This document shows, one piece after another, positions 14,501 to 28,390 of a DNA stretch of 64,000 bases. Position 1 is the stretch's first letter. Each line of letters opens with the position of its first letter. This stretch comes from Trichoplax adhaerens (lineage: Eukaryota > Animalia > Placozoa): the NCBI RefSeq assembly GCF_000150275.1, contig NW_002060944.1, positions 2,828,152 to 2,892,151 on the forward strand, read 5' to 3'. The notes under the pieces are model-generated. The model had not been told where the DNA came from and made no database searches. It saw only the letters and a program-made list of their open reading frames with translations. The translations under genes and the position numbers were made by a program.

Positions 14501-16186
14501 ATAATACGATGATAAATATCCACCAGTATCAAAGCAAGCTGACCAACAAACTAATGACGTTAAAAAGAAAAGATATTGAAAATTACCCATTTTCGTAGTC
14601 TTAAGATTATGTAGTGTCATTAACGCTTTGCCATAAAAGAATGTAAATTTTAAGAGTATCTATGCTCTGTAGGTATAGTGAATCTGTAACGCTACATATT
14701 CGTAAATTTTAATCAGTATATTGAATACATTTGAAATATACGTGAGTTGGCTATCCATATTTGAATTGGCTACCATATTGCACTATAGTTAATAACAGCA
14801 ACTTTCGTATTGCCTTAAAAGGAGATATTTAATTTGTACGTATGCAAGCCATCTACACTCGAATTTATTGGTATTCTACACCGTACTAAAAAAGAATAGC
14901 TTTTCTCATAGCCTTAAATTAGTCAGGATATCACTAAACAGTAACGATAACATCATAATGATGTGATTAGTAATAATAGCATCTTGAATTCTATAAATTA
15001 AAATTGTTTTATCACAAATACAAAACTATTCAAATCAAGAATAAATATCGTAATCAATACGGATACTTACTGTTAATATTCGTATAAGCATAACTTAATA
15101 AGAAGCTCATTAAAACCATTGATTTACGAAGTATCACTGAAGCTCAAAGAATACTTACAGTATAAAAAGTATTTGCAATTATTGTAGCATATTAATATGG
15201 CAAGTACAATGATAGTATATCTTTCAGCAATCTAAAATTGAGACCAAATAGCGTACGATACGATATTATTATCATTAAGTAATTTTCCTTGACATTTAAG
15301 TCTTACTTTAGCTTATAAATTGCTTTTGACCTGTTAAAATTCAGTATTATCTTGAAATTAGCCTTAATAATATTCTGTATCGAATCAGATTTTGAAAAAT
15401 AATAAATTACGTAAACAAAACAATTCACAGTTTTGTTTATTTACAACTGCATGCATTCGTACTGCATATTTATACAATTACATTTTATGCATTTGAACAG
15501 TTCTAGTAAGCAAGTCTGTAAATATGGTGTTTACAACATTGTTTGTGATTAGATACCATATCTGTATTTTCAGAAAAACAATTAGGTTAAATCTTAAAAT
15601 GAATACAGTAAAAAGCATGAAAAGTTAGGAAATAAAATAAAAAGCCTTATTAGTCTGTATAAAGTTGACAATTACAGTAATTGCCGAATATCACGAATAA
15701 GCTTATTGCCAAAAGGAACTATTATTTAAGGTAGGACTCTACCAGATCAGTCAGTAGTTAATTTATTGACGATGCAACATTGGAAATAAATGTAGATAGG
15801 GGTATTCTGACAGCGAAAAAGGTTTATTTTTTTAAGAAGAGTTAGTAGACAGTGATAGTTACTATATATTAGTGTGATGTAATTTCTCTTAAGGTAAAGA
15901 TAAACTTGACTGATAGCAACTGTCGCGATTGTACGTCAATTTTGAAAACGCTTATTCAAGTGACAGTTCGAATCTAGGATCTAAATGTCGATGATTTTCT
16001 TATTTTAACCCCATAAACATTAGATTTAAATCCAGGTTTGATACAAAAACACGATTTTTGAATATCATGATATTGATATAATTTTGCCTTTGTCTGAGTA
16101 GCTTTTGGTCATATTAGCAGTCTTTCTAATTAATTATGCATACAGGTATATCACTTACTTAAAGCGTAAAAAGATGATAGGTCAAA

Positions 16187-16225
16187 CCATGGACTACTAG
16201 ATGTACCATATCCCGTAATCCATGG
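16187..16225. mobile_element. Ultra-short palindromic insertion (CCATGGACTACTAGA family), copy 1
   Basis: ccatggactactaga...gtaatccatgg, flanked by near-identical 5-mers tcaaa/ttaaa. Confidence 0.6.
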
Positions 16226-19200
16226 TTAAATATGTACTCTCTCTAATATTGAGTCTCTTTCTGGTAGTACAGACTAATAATAATCTGCTATTTATTGGTA
16301 ATGATTATAATTAGCCCTTTCTAGTCTAAAGACAGATAGATATTCATGCCTAGAATCGGTAGCCAATCGATACCCTAAAAGGTGAGTACGATTACGAATA
16401 AAACATAACATACTGAAGAATTACATGCAGTAAACAAGTACATGAAGTTTTAGAAGCAAGGAGTTCAACTAGTTCAGATTGAATTGAAAGCAACACTTGA
16501 GCAGTCAGCAATAGACTTTAAATGGTTACCGTACTGAATACACTATCTTCGTTAGTTTCTTCAATATTCATTCATAATCATTTTTGATGCATCATGAAAA
16601 CATCGATAAAGTATCGAAATACAGTCACTTGCATAGCAACTACTACTATAAATACTTACTGGTATACAGAAACAAATTCGTCTTGTGTGATTTCTTGAGT
16701 GAAGATCATTATTATGTAAAATAAACTTCATTATTTTTTCTTTTGCAGTTATTGGATCAGAGTCTAATCAGAGACGGTGGTCTGTACAATTGCAGAAAAG
16801 TGCCATACTATATTAAGCTATATTGCAAATCCTTAAGAAATTATTTAAAGGCACTATAAATGAAATCATCTATTGATCTAGAGCAATAATAATTAATCTT
16901 GAACAGAAATTCTCTAAAATGTGAGCATGACAACTGTCGCAGGGAGTCTCATCTGGTAATATTAATTTATTCGCGTAGTAAATGCACAGCAGTAATGCAA
17001 TCTCTAATGAAGTTTTAATGGAGCACAAAACATTTGAAAAGTTTATTCATTTTCCTGGATAAATGTAATATTAGCCGAAAGATTAATAGATTACAAACAC
17101 AGTTGCTCTGTTACTTATAAATTTACATATCAATATCTGCCAAAAGTACGTTATAGGATCAAATTTATCAATGTCGAGTTTTTCGAAACCGTTAACAAAG
17201 TCAGCAACTTAAATTTAACAGAAATCATGAATTAATCATTTTGGAATTAAAATTAATAGATATTAATGCAGTTAGCAGCCCGACATTCTATTACTTGTTA
17301 TTCTCATCCAAAAAATGACAATAAAAGAAAATATAAGATAAAAGTCGATATACGAGTATCTACTTTTTTCTATGTAATGATTTGTAAGGCGTAAAAAATT
17401 GGACTTTAAGTGTTTCTTTCAAATGAGTTTATAACTGAACATTATAATTTTGTAGATTACGTCGTTGTTAAAAGTACTAGAACCTCCAATACAATCTTCC
17501 AGTTATCTCGGTCACCATAAAAATTTATTTTTGAAGAGGCCTGATCGTAACACTCCAAACCAGCATTGCAACAAATTAAAGTTTGTATATACAATACAAC
17601 TAGCATAATCTGATGCTGTATGCATTATAAACATCTACAATTCTTAATAGAAGAACTAACACTATCAGCTGAAATATAGAATTATTACGAAAGACTGATC
17701 ATTATCTTCAAATGGAATGATAAATTGTTTACTAAAGAACTAAGCAGCTGGACTACTCTATCTTATTGTACGATTATAGTACATCTATGTCACAAGAATA
17801 TTTGTGAGACTCAAAACATAACCTTGTCAACTATAATTTAGGACCTGAAACGAATGTAAATATCATTTATCAAACAAGTTTATTATTTCAATTTAATTGG
17901 GAAATAACGTATAATTTTCTATAATTTATTCATTAATTTTTTATATTGTCAAATTTTCAATATACTGGAAATTTTATGAACTCTTACGTATTTAGAGCAA
18001 CTTTGCATATAAAGCTTAATATGGCTAAGTAGGCTACAGAAATAGCCTAGGTCTATATCAATCTAAAAGTATTCATTGCTTCAGATACCAAGCAAAACAT
18101 TCAATGAAACAGCGACATAAGTTTTACTAGATCTTGTGTTATGGGAAATAAATTGTGTCAACAAGCAGCTAAGAATATAGCATCTTCCAATACTTCGATT
18201 TAAAGCATTTTATACCTGCGTACAGATATTAATAGTTTTCTTTTATAGTCTGAATGTCTAATCTGCTCCTAAGACTATCAATACTTAAACTATAAATGAT
18301 TAATAAATAGTTAATTACTGTACGTATAATAATCATCGTTTAATGACCTATTTTGCTTGCACTTTTGAACTGCAGCACATGTTAGAGATTATTTCCTAAT
18401 AGTCCTGGAGTGAATGAGCATGAAATATTATGGCTATTTCAGATACTGACGCACTCTTAGTAGTATAATCAGTCCGCTAAATGAAATACAATCAGTAGAT
18501 AGAAACCTACTATGTATAGGCCAGAAAAGGTAATAAAAGAGAAGTGAGTACTGCAGATAAACAACTTTCACGGTTATTCATACTTTCATAGTGTAGGCTA
18601 CTTCAGGTTTTGTTAAGTGTTATCGCACGATCTAATATATCATGCCTTCATAAGCTTAAAATTATATCTAATGAACGCCTCAGTGAAATTTATATTTTTT
18701 TATATAACCTATGATATTATGATAGAGGGACAAATCATAAGCCTATCCTTAGATTTTGTTTAGAATATTGAGAAACAATTATTCTATCGTAGATTTAGTT
18801 ACTGGTGTTGAGTCATTAAAAGTGAGAGCTAAAATTTTAAACCATGCTTTGTTTTAAGTGTTATTCATGGTAAATGTTTAAAAATATTTACTTGTCCATG
18901 TCTATTATTTATTAATATCAAATTTTGGCAATTATACACCTGTAAAAGCTTAAACAAATTTTAATTTTAATCGAAGCATAACCTTAGCATTATCAATAAA
19001 GATAAGTCATAATTGTGTTGATACTTATTATTTGTTACACAACCATTACCTGATCGTACTGATATTATTTTTTTGCTGAATACTATAAATATATATATAA
19101 AAATTTAAATTAGANAGCTACTTTATCAATCTTACATATTTCTGTCATACACCTATGCTGCGAATCGTAATATATTATTTATACATAGCACTTATCATAT

Positions 19201-21541
19201 AGAATTAGCTCGATGAAATGGTTAAAAATTAACTACTTTAATCATCTACTGAAACGCCTATTAGCGCTCGAAACTTTTATAGCTGATGCTGTAAGACATA
19301 ATCACCCTTAATAAAGAAGAAACGTTCTACAAATTAGGTTATGTTTCGTCGTATTATTCGTAATGTAGAATTTTCATGACTGCCAAAAAAGCAGATAAAT
19401 ATTTACCTCCGAACTTAATTTTACGAATTCTAAATACGCATGAGATCTTATTTTATTGTAACTTTGACAATTCTAATTTCTGTATATTTTTCTAGAAATC
19501 GAAGCATCCTGCTTTGATCATGACCAGAATACTTAAAATATTGTTCTGAAAATTATTTTACTTCTATTTTATCGAATCGAGCGGAATTCGTATGAAGAAA
19601 ATTATTCTTTTATGCTACGAACTAAAATAATGGTATGTTTGATAAAACGAAATCGGCAACATTATATTAGCATAATAAGTTCTACGAGTAAAATTTTACT
19701 TATGTAAATAATGCAAAATAGGATTGCCTGTTTAATAAATATTATAGTCATTTACTGCTGTTACTAGCATGTTACCGTTTTCAAGAATTTTATTTTTCTT
19801 AATAAGACCTTGTTTATTTACAGCTTTTCAATTTATTTGCTACTTCGCAGCCGTGTCTCATTAGAAAATAATTGGACATGTAATTCGATAGTTTTGCTTT
19901 AGCACATTAACGATGATGCTTTTGTTGCTATTGAAAAGACGTCAGGTACTGCATGTATACTACATTGTTATCTAATGAACGATATTTTATGTAAGCGGCT
20001 GCGATCAATATAAACTTGAAAGTATAATCCGTAATAAGCAATAATATTTTAACTCTCTACATACAGTACGATGATATTTAAATAATATCGCTTTTAACTT
20101 TATATTCAAATTTATATACGTACCTAAATCATGTGAATTTAGCTTCCGGTATGAATGCAAAGAGAAGATTCGGTAGTCACAAGTAATAACTTCATGTCGT
20201 AGTGGCTGATGGAAATATTAAAGTGGCAATGCAAATAATAGTGCTACATCTTGCTGGTATTATATCTCACATGAATTTTATTCTGCTATTTTAGTAGGTG
20301 TATCGGACGTAGTTCAATGCCAACTACTGATATCTAAGAATGTATAGCATCACTATTATTCTAAGATGCTGAATAATACGAAATGTATCATATTTAAGCG
20401 CGTGCGATATCTTATATCAATTTTCATTTCAAAGCAGGAAAGCTTTACTCCAGTTTGCTTTGGTGGCGTTACTAGCTACATGGGTTACTGCTTTAGACCT
20501 ATTTCTACGGAAGAATCAGTTATCGATAACTTCTTAATTCATGACTAAAATTATTACGATATAATTTCTAAAGGTATTGGGCGGAAAAAAATATAAACAA
20601 TCACCAACATTAATGTGCAGGAAGAATAAAATTAACTTTATCATTGAATTTTATTATGTAATGCGATATCACTACTGCTAATTCAATATTATTTTCATAT
20701 CAATTATTAAACTTGTATTTTATTCATTACGAATTCATGAACGTAAATTAAAAACCTATATCTTTGTTAATTATATTCTAAATAATGAAGGTTACTGATC
20801 CGTTTCCTTAGTTAAATTACATCTGTTCGCTAGTTATAGAGGATAAGTAGGGAGCTGAAAATTATAACAATTTTAATTTAAAACATTCAATTGTCTTAAA
20901 ACCTTTGACATCTATAAATAATGAATAAAGTTGTTACTCATATTATTAAAAAATTCACATACTATACTTCATCAATCATTAGCCAGCTAAATTATGTAAA
21001 AATGCCCGGTAATGAGCCAGAGGAGTCAATTTAACAGCAATATTATCGTACTTAATACAATCCTTTAGCCACATCTTCAATTTCAATTATTCTCTTCCCG
21101 GTACGATGAAACTAAATTAAAATATGTCTCTAAAAAACTCTGAAATTAGTTCTCAACTTAGTTTACAATATCACACCGTACTATCTGAAGAAAATTTAAA
21201 TATCATGTTCAATTTACATATAGTATAAACTACCCATTATTGTTGTGCAACGTTACTCTGTTTAAAACTCTAATTGTGATGGGCATATTATACCGATCTT
21301 CTATCGATTTCTTTGCCATAGGTTTTCATTTCTAATGAAAAAATTCTGACCTGTTTTGTAATCGATATTTATTTCTCGTTTAAAATCTATCTTTATAGAA
21401 AGATTCACAGAATCTCTATAGCATCAACGATTTTTTATCTTTTCATCGTTTCCTATCTTTAAATTTTTAGTCTCTAATTTTCAGATCGGAAATATTTATT
21501 CTTGCAGGTATCGCCAAGATTAAATTATCAAATCTAAAAGT

Positions 21542-21889
21542 ATGAAAATCTTGAAAGAAATTGTCATTTTGGCTCTAATTGCTAATATCGGCTGCATGGG
21601 TGTTCCTCAAAATCGGTATGGCGAGATGTCTGATACAGATATATCAGACCCTCAAACGAATGAAAGTGTAATATTCACTAATGAAATTGTAAACGCGATA
21701 GAGGATTACTTGTCTCGATTGGAAAAGGAAGACACAGCCGTTTATAAAGTGCGCGATTCCGTTTCATTGCGTCATAATAGCTTTGCTGATAAACTAGCGA
21801 AATTGCAAGTGCTACTGGAGTTAAATAGGATTACACCAATATTCAAATTTGCCCATAACCAAAGTAGAAAAAAAATGCAAAAATCCTAA
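21542..21889 (+). CDS. Small secreted protein / putative peptide precursor (115 aa), single coding exon
   Basis: N-terminal signal-peptide-like segment (MKILKEIVILALIANIGCMG), acidic middle, amphipathic and basic C-terminus. An acceptor ttcttgcag at ~21507 implies an intron in the 5' UTR. No recognised domain. Confidence 0.7.
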   Translation: MKILKEIVILALIANIGCMGVPQNRYGEMSDTDISDPQTNESVIFTNEIVNAIEDYLSRLEKEDTAVYKVRDSVSLRHNSFADKLAKLQVLLELNRITPIFKFAHNQSRKKMQKS

Positions 21890-24800
21890 TTAATTACCGT
21901 ATATAACAGTAGCCGATTGGTAGATGATTCTAATAACTAAATGTAAGTTGATCACTCTAGTATTTATCCTTTTATCGATTAATATCTGAGTTTCAGATAT
22001 TTCATGCAGCGTAGAAGCTTAAATTTAGCATTATTGAGTCTAAAAAATCGATTTATCAAAATGAGTAAAATTCTCGGTTCTTGAAAAAATATTTTATTTA
22101 AATTGTAAAATGTATACCTTTCCAGCGGCTAAGAGGCTTTTTGAACATAAAAATAGGATTGATGTGTCTCAGAATAAAATGTTTACACTTCTTAGGCGAT
22201 AATTGCTGCCTTTCTTATTTTAAAAATATGCTGCAAATATAATCAGATACACAATTTAAATTTTACTAGATTTATATGTGGATGCCAATATTCTCTCATC
22301 TTTATTCAATTACGCATTTTCAACAATTAATTTTAATACGAAGTAGACAATTATCTTAACTCACACATTGCATTATATGGTATTCTGTCGATAGTATTCT
22401 CTTTCAATTACAGTGACAGAAAGAAATGATTCCATCGTATGCACTTAAATCGTAGAATGATAATTATTAACTAGATAACGTCTTATAAGAATGTTCGAGC
22501 TGCAATTCTGATTAATTACCGTATTTCAATAATGTAATATCTACAATCATGCAGTTTAATTTAATGTTCATTATGAAGTTGTTTAGTATTCACTGATATT
22601 TAGCACTAATATCTATATTCTCACCCTAATTACACAGCAATCATATAAACTTATTTCCTATGCTACTCGTAAATGTGTGGTAGTACTAATTAGAATTTTG
22701 AATAATGTTTTATATCAATGTGATCACATACCGCGTAAATATATGAATAGTTTTGGTTGAACTAAATAAATAAAGATTTAAATTAGTTTTTTACAGTAGT
22801 CCACGGGCTAGTTTAATGTGTGATAACAAGGATATTATAGTAAATGAAGTAGCAATCAAATATAATCAATTAGTATAAACGGGTTTTGTAACTTATTTAT
22901 ATGCTTTAACATTAGTCAATGACTATAGATTGAAACACATAAAATACTATAGTCATGAAATATTTAATTTTGAAATATGTCTCAACGGCAGTACATAATA
23001 AATAATCTTATAAAATGCATTTAAACTTCAGTTTTTAGCACTATTAGATTATACAGATCATGAGTGGATCAGAGTCTAACATCGATCGTATTTACGGAAT
23101 AGAGCTCCTTATGCCTACGCTAAAGCTGCGATATCTTTCCTTAAATTAAAGCATTTAGTCCAAGTGTCATAAAATCGAACTATCCTTGCTATCTGAAGAG
23201 CATGTAGGTAGCTGCAGAATGCGATTTTAATGCAATACTTAACATTTCTTAATTCTCAGATGGAGATTTTGAATAACTACCAGTATCTATTCAAAATACC
23301 TTCACCCCTAGAAGAATCAAATCGATCTAATAGCTCAGGATATTTTATGCCATCTAAATACTTGTATATCTAATTATTGGAGCAGAATATCGATTTTAAG
23401 ATTATTTAAGTACCTTTAGCTATTGTTATTGAAAAGACGTCGAATATTACGTCATTTATAAATCAGTATATATTAACGGTGATAATAACTGACCAGTTCT
23501 AGGAATTTTTATAGCTTATTTATAATACTCTCAAACTAACGGAATATTAAAAGGCCAAATAATGCAAGTGGTATTCAGCAATCAATGAGAACTTATTATT
23601 CAATCAGCCTATTTTAAGGTAATCAATTCCACGAATTTTAATAATGAATAGACTGACATTCTACTATATTCATCATTCATATATATGAATAATAATTCAT
23701 ACGATATTTTTACTTGCTTATTGGTTAGTCTACATAATTTACTTAAATAATTTATAGTTTATTATCACGAATACTGTACCTGTTGAGGTGAATAAATACG
23801 AAAGTTTGTCGACTAGACCTAATTCCTTCAATGTGTATACGTAATGCACTCATCTTTAGCTCAAATACTGTAGCTTAAATCAGATTGGCAATACTTTTCT
23901 ATTTTGAAATACTTACACTTAATCGTCCTCTTTATAGTGCAATTTGAGTCTATTAATCGTTGCTAGTAATCAGGATATAATTGCAACAGAAAATAGATAT
24001 TAAACGTAAGAAATGTCAGGTAGAACTAATTTGGTTCCAATAGTTTCAGAAATCATAATTTTCATGTAAAGGTTTTTTTCTACTAGAGTTTGGTATTCTG
24101 CGAGATGTATCTATCAGCGATAAATAAGAAGGGAGCCAGGTCCATAAATTCTACTGTTTTTGCCATTCCAAAATTATCCATGAGAATTCTTAGATAACTA
24201 AATAACATAATCTTTAAATTCCTATACAACAGATATTTATAAATAAGTAAACTGAATTAATACAGCATACATTCCTGTTACGCCCCATAAATATCTGACA
24301 AGAAACATCAAAAATATTTTCAAAATAATTTGTAAGTTTTAATCTAGAGTACTTGTGATGTTTAATCTAACTTTATTACAATCTATAATTTTTTGTTTAC
24401 TAGATAAATATTTCATAAAAGCAATTAATAGTACAAGCGATCAGATGTTGTATTAACGATTTAATCGCTATTATTACTTCAAGGAATAATGGCAATAATA
24501 ATGATTAATAATTCTTTTTAGTTCTATTGATCATTTAATAGCTATCGCTATGAACTCCTACTGTCAGCGACGGAGAATGATAATTACCGGTATTAAATAA
24601 TCATACCTTATACATATCTTAATTGTTTAAGTAAATTTGATAATATGCAGCCTTATCTCAAGAATAAAAGAATAATTGATACAATTATTAGTTATGGATT
24701 CCTTACAAATTAACATGCTTTTTTGTTATCCTACTCAAATAATTGTCAATGGGATAACTTTAATAAGTTACCTTCAGCATAATAAACTTTATTGAATTAA

Positions 24801-27800
24801 ATTTTAAGGTTATCAAAATTTAGTTTACGTTTAAATCAGTCAATGACTTACTATAATTTCGATAAACTTCGATGACATCAAAGATACTATCAAGGAACGT
24901 AACTTAAAAGGCACGAATTCTTGTAAAAGGATATTTCAATCCAAATTATCAATAGAACTATCATTTATAGACGAATAAGTGCCGTTTATTAAAGTTACTG
25001 ACCACGATGGCGGTTGAGATATTGTCAAGACACTCGAAACGTTGAGGTCCGCCGAAAACTATTGCTTTTACTGTAATTATTATATATAAGGCCGTTCAAT
25101 TTAAAACAGTTGCTGAAAAGTAGAAATTTACAATTAAAAATTAATATAAAACGATAGATTAACTATATGAAGATCTAATGAAATTAAAATCAACATGTAT
25201 CGTCAAAGTTCGCCGAAATTATCATCACTTCATTAACCCGTAAACATATCCAATTATGTTGCCACTACTGTGCATAGTGTCAATTTTACGATTCTATGAA
25301 ATTTTTTATATCAATAGAATTTAATAAAACTCAGTATAAATACACAATATAGCCTTTCATGTTTTTCACTTCAAACTGATGGTCATAATTTATTGACATC
25401 TTTATAACTTACAACCATGTGCTTGGTACAAATCAGCATAAATTTTATTTGATAATTGGTATGCTTTTGTCTATACTGAACAATTAATAGCCATGAAACC
25501 AATCATTTGATAAAATTCGAGTGGTTTCAAAATTGCTTATCAAAATAGATGATTATTTCGTTTATTAAGCTAGCGCCATCGCTAACTTTGAAGTAATATC
25601 TTATCACAACTAATAAACTATTTGTTTGTCTTAAACGCAAATATATATCAATATAGAACACGGACTATAAAAAATCTTAATGTACGGTAGATAACTACTA
25701 GGCATAAAATTTGGAAATCTTTTAATCTCTCAAGGGGGCTAGTGTTCCATTCTCATAGATAGTCTGATGGCCCCTTAATATTATCTATCGACAGTTTAAT
25801 ATGTGTTGCTATATCATATGCTAAGAAAATGTAAGTTTGCAGAAAATGAAGCGATTTAAGACATGAATGGGACTTTGGATCAAATCTATCGTACCTAATG
25901 TTATATCGAATTATAATAAAATTAGTAGCTATTATCTGCGACTATTAATAATAAATATGGCCTCGTTATACGATTGATCATGGATAAATCATGAGCAAGT
26001 ATTATGTTACTTCATATTAACGTCGCATAATTACGTATTCAAAGAAGATTTCATTATCAATATTAATCTATCTTCTCTAAAAACAATTTATCCTTATATA
26101 GCCGGATTTCATAAAGTGCATGAACCGTAACGAAATAAATCAAGCTGTTTCAGGGCTTTATGATCGTATCCTAGACTGAATTAATTCATTGACGATAATA
26201 TTTATTGTACAGAAGATTGCTAAATACAGCATATTTTATTTAATTGGATTCTAAGTGTATCAATAAAGTGGCATTATGGCACTATTTGACTGTGCATAGA
26301 AATCTAGCGTTGATAATTATGCACTATACGTTGAATAACACCTTTAGTATTATTCTCTTAAAATATCGAATATTTCTGATTGACAATAAAACGGGCATTT
26401 TTAATATGTATTAATTACGTTTTCTTGACCTTACTAATCATGTGTCTATATAAATGCCTAATTTCCTAAAAGTGGGCTACAATTATAATCTAGAATTAAA
26501 GTTTAACAAAGCTGTTCCTTTATTTCATGATCTTATTTAGCGTTTAAGATAATTCAGCTTTTTCATCATGCTGGCACTAAACTATGAATGATTAAGGCAC
26601 TAATTCATATGTCTAATTAGATTGAACTTACATTATCAAATTCACTTTACTCCCAAGTATGCACTAAGAATTACATCTTCAAGCTGATATTGATTAAATA
26701 TCTTATCATTATTTACAGATGATGATTATAAATATCAGTTTTATTTGTGTAAACAATATTTTATAAATGTGTGCGCTCAGCATATATAGAAATTGATCTT
26801 ATAAAGAGATTAAACGTAATAAATGCTTTAATTTAATTTAACTATTACTAACATGTATTTTTAAAACAATTGTAGTCAACTATGAATGTGAATATAATAC
26901 CACCTATTCATTAATGCTAATTTCCTGTAACATTGAACATAGAAGAACTTTATTGAGCTTATTTTATTGAACCTAAATTTAGGATATTATTACCAAGTTT
27001 AAAATGCGATATTAGCCACCCTATCTCATCAGATATAGCTATGTTTTTTTCTTTGAAGTAATATTATAGGCTGGTATGCCATATACAGATTTAAATTAAG
27101 CCAGCTGAATCAACAGTGAATACAATAATAATACCCTTTTACAGTGTTATTTCATTACTTTATCGAATTTAGTCTTTATCGAAAGTCTGTGGGTAAAAAG
27201 GAAAGAAATAAACGAAGTGGGAATAACAACGATAGCGACGGTCCTTGACTATAATTTGTCTTCCATCCTTTATTGCAATAGTTTAAAGTGTAATAGACAC
27301 GTCGTTATTTACCTATGTAAGTTCTCGTAAATTAAAAAGTTAGCAAATTTCATACAACCAATATTTATATAGCCACTACAGTATCTAAAAATGGTGAAGT
27401 CCTTTATTAGCGATTTCAAATAGTAATATCAACAATTTCTAAAGATCGATATTTATTTAAACTGAAACAAATGGAGTTGCATTAGAAATTCAATAAGAAT
27501 ATTTTAGCATTGATATAACCTTTATTAAAATATAGAAATCAGATAAAAATAGCCTATATCCGCCTTTTCTTAATGATGCGCATACTTAATTTATATGCAT
27601 AAACAATAAACGAAATAATAATAATAATCTTCAATGGTTAAGGTATTGAATATTTTATTACTGTTCGTCTATTAATTCCGCTACACCTTGAATAATGTAA
27701 ATAAACTATTTATGTAATTTTAATGCTAGCCAGTATAAATTTTCGGAATCTCGATAAATTTAGATTCATATCGTGATAGCGATTTGTTAACAAGAGCGGT

Positions 27801-28390
27801 GAAGTGGTAAGGATAAATCTCCAATATAATTATATTACTGTTTGTTCTAGGTTATAGAAAGTTGTAAGTTAGAAACCTAAATTTATAAAAATTGATCTAC
27901 GTACCTAATAGCATAATCTAGAGTTTCATTCTGTGCATATTATTCAATCAATATATAAAAATTACCCTGTCGTATTAACCTTTATCTATTCGTTGAAAGA
28001 GGTATAACTATCGAGTTTCAGATTATTTCATTTTTGTTATTGTAATTGACTTGTCTAGCCAAAATATTGTGCAGCTAAATGCATTAATTTGCATATTCAT
28101 TTATTATAGATTTTATTGGGTACCAAGCTAGCGTAATTTGTTCACATTGCTTTTACTGAATAATTACGTTTTGATACTATTAGACACTTAGATAAGATTT
28201 TTTCTCTATTGCGATAAATATACGTATAATACTACGGTATTATTGGCTTGATCCAATTCCTCTTGTCACGAACTTTTTGATCTCTGTCGCTAAGATTAAA
28301 TCGATCTGAACATATTAAGTGAAGGAAAATAATTAATCTTTTCTATTCCATCATACCATCATAGAATCACGAACATTAATTGAATTTGCC

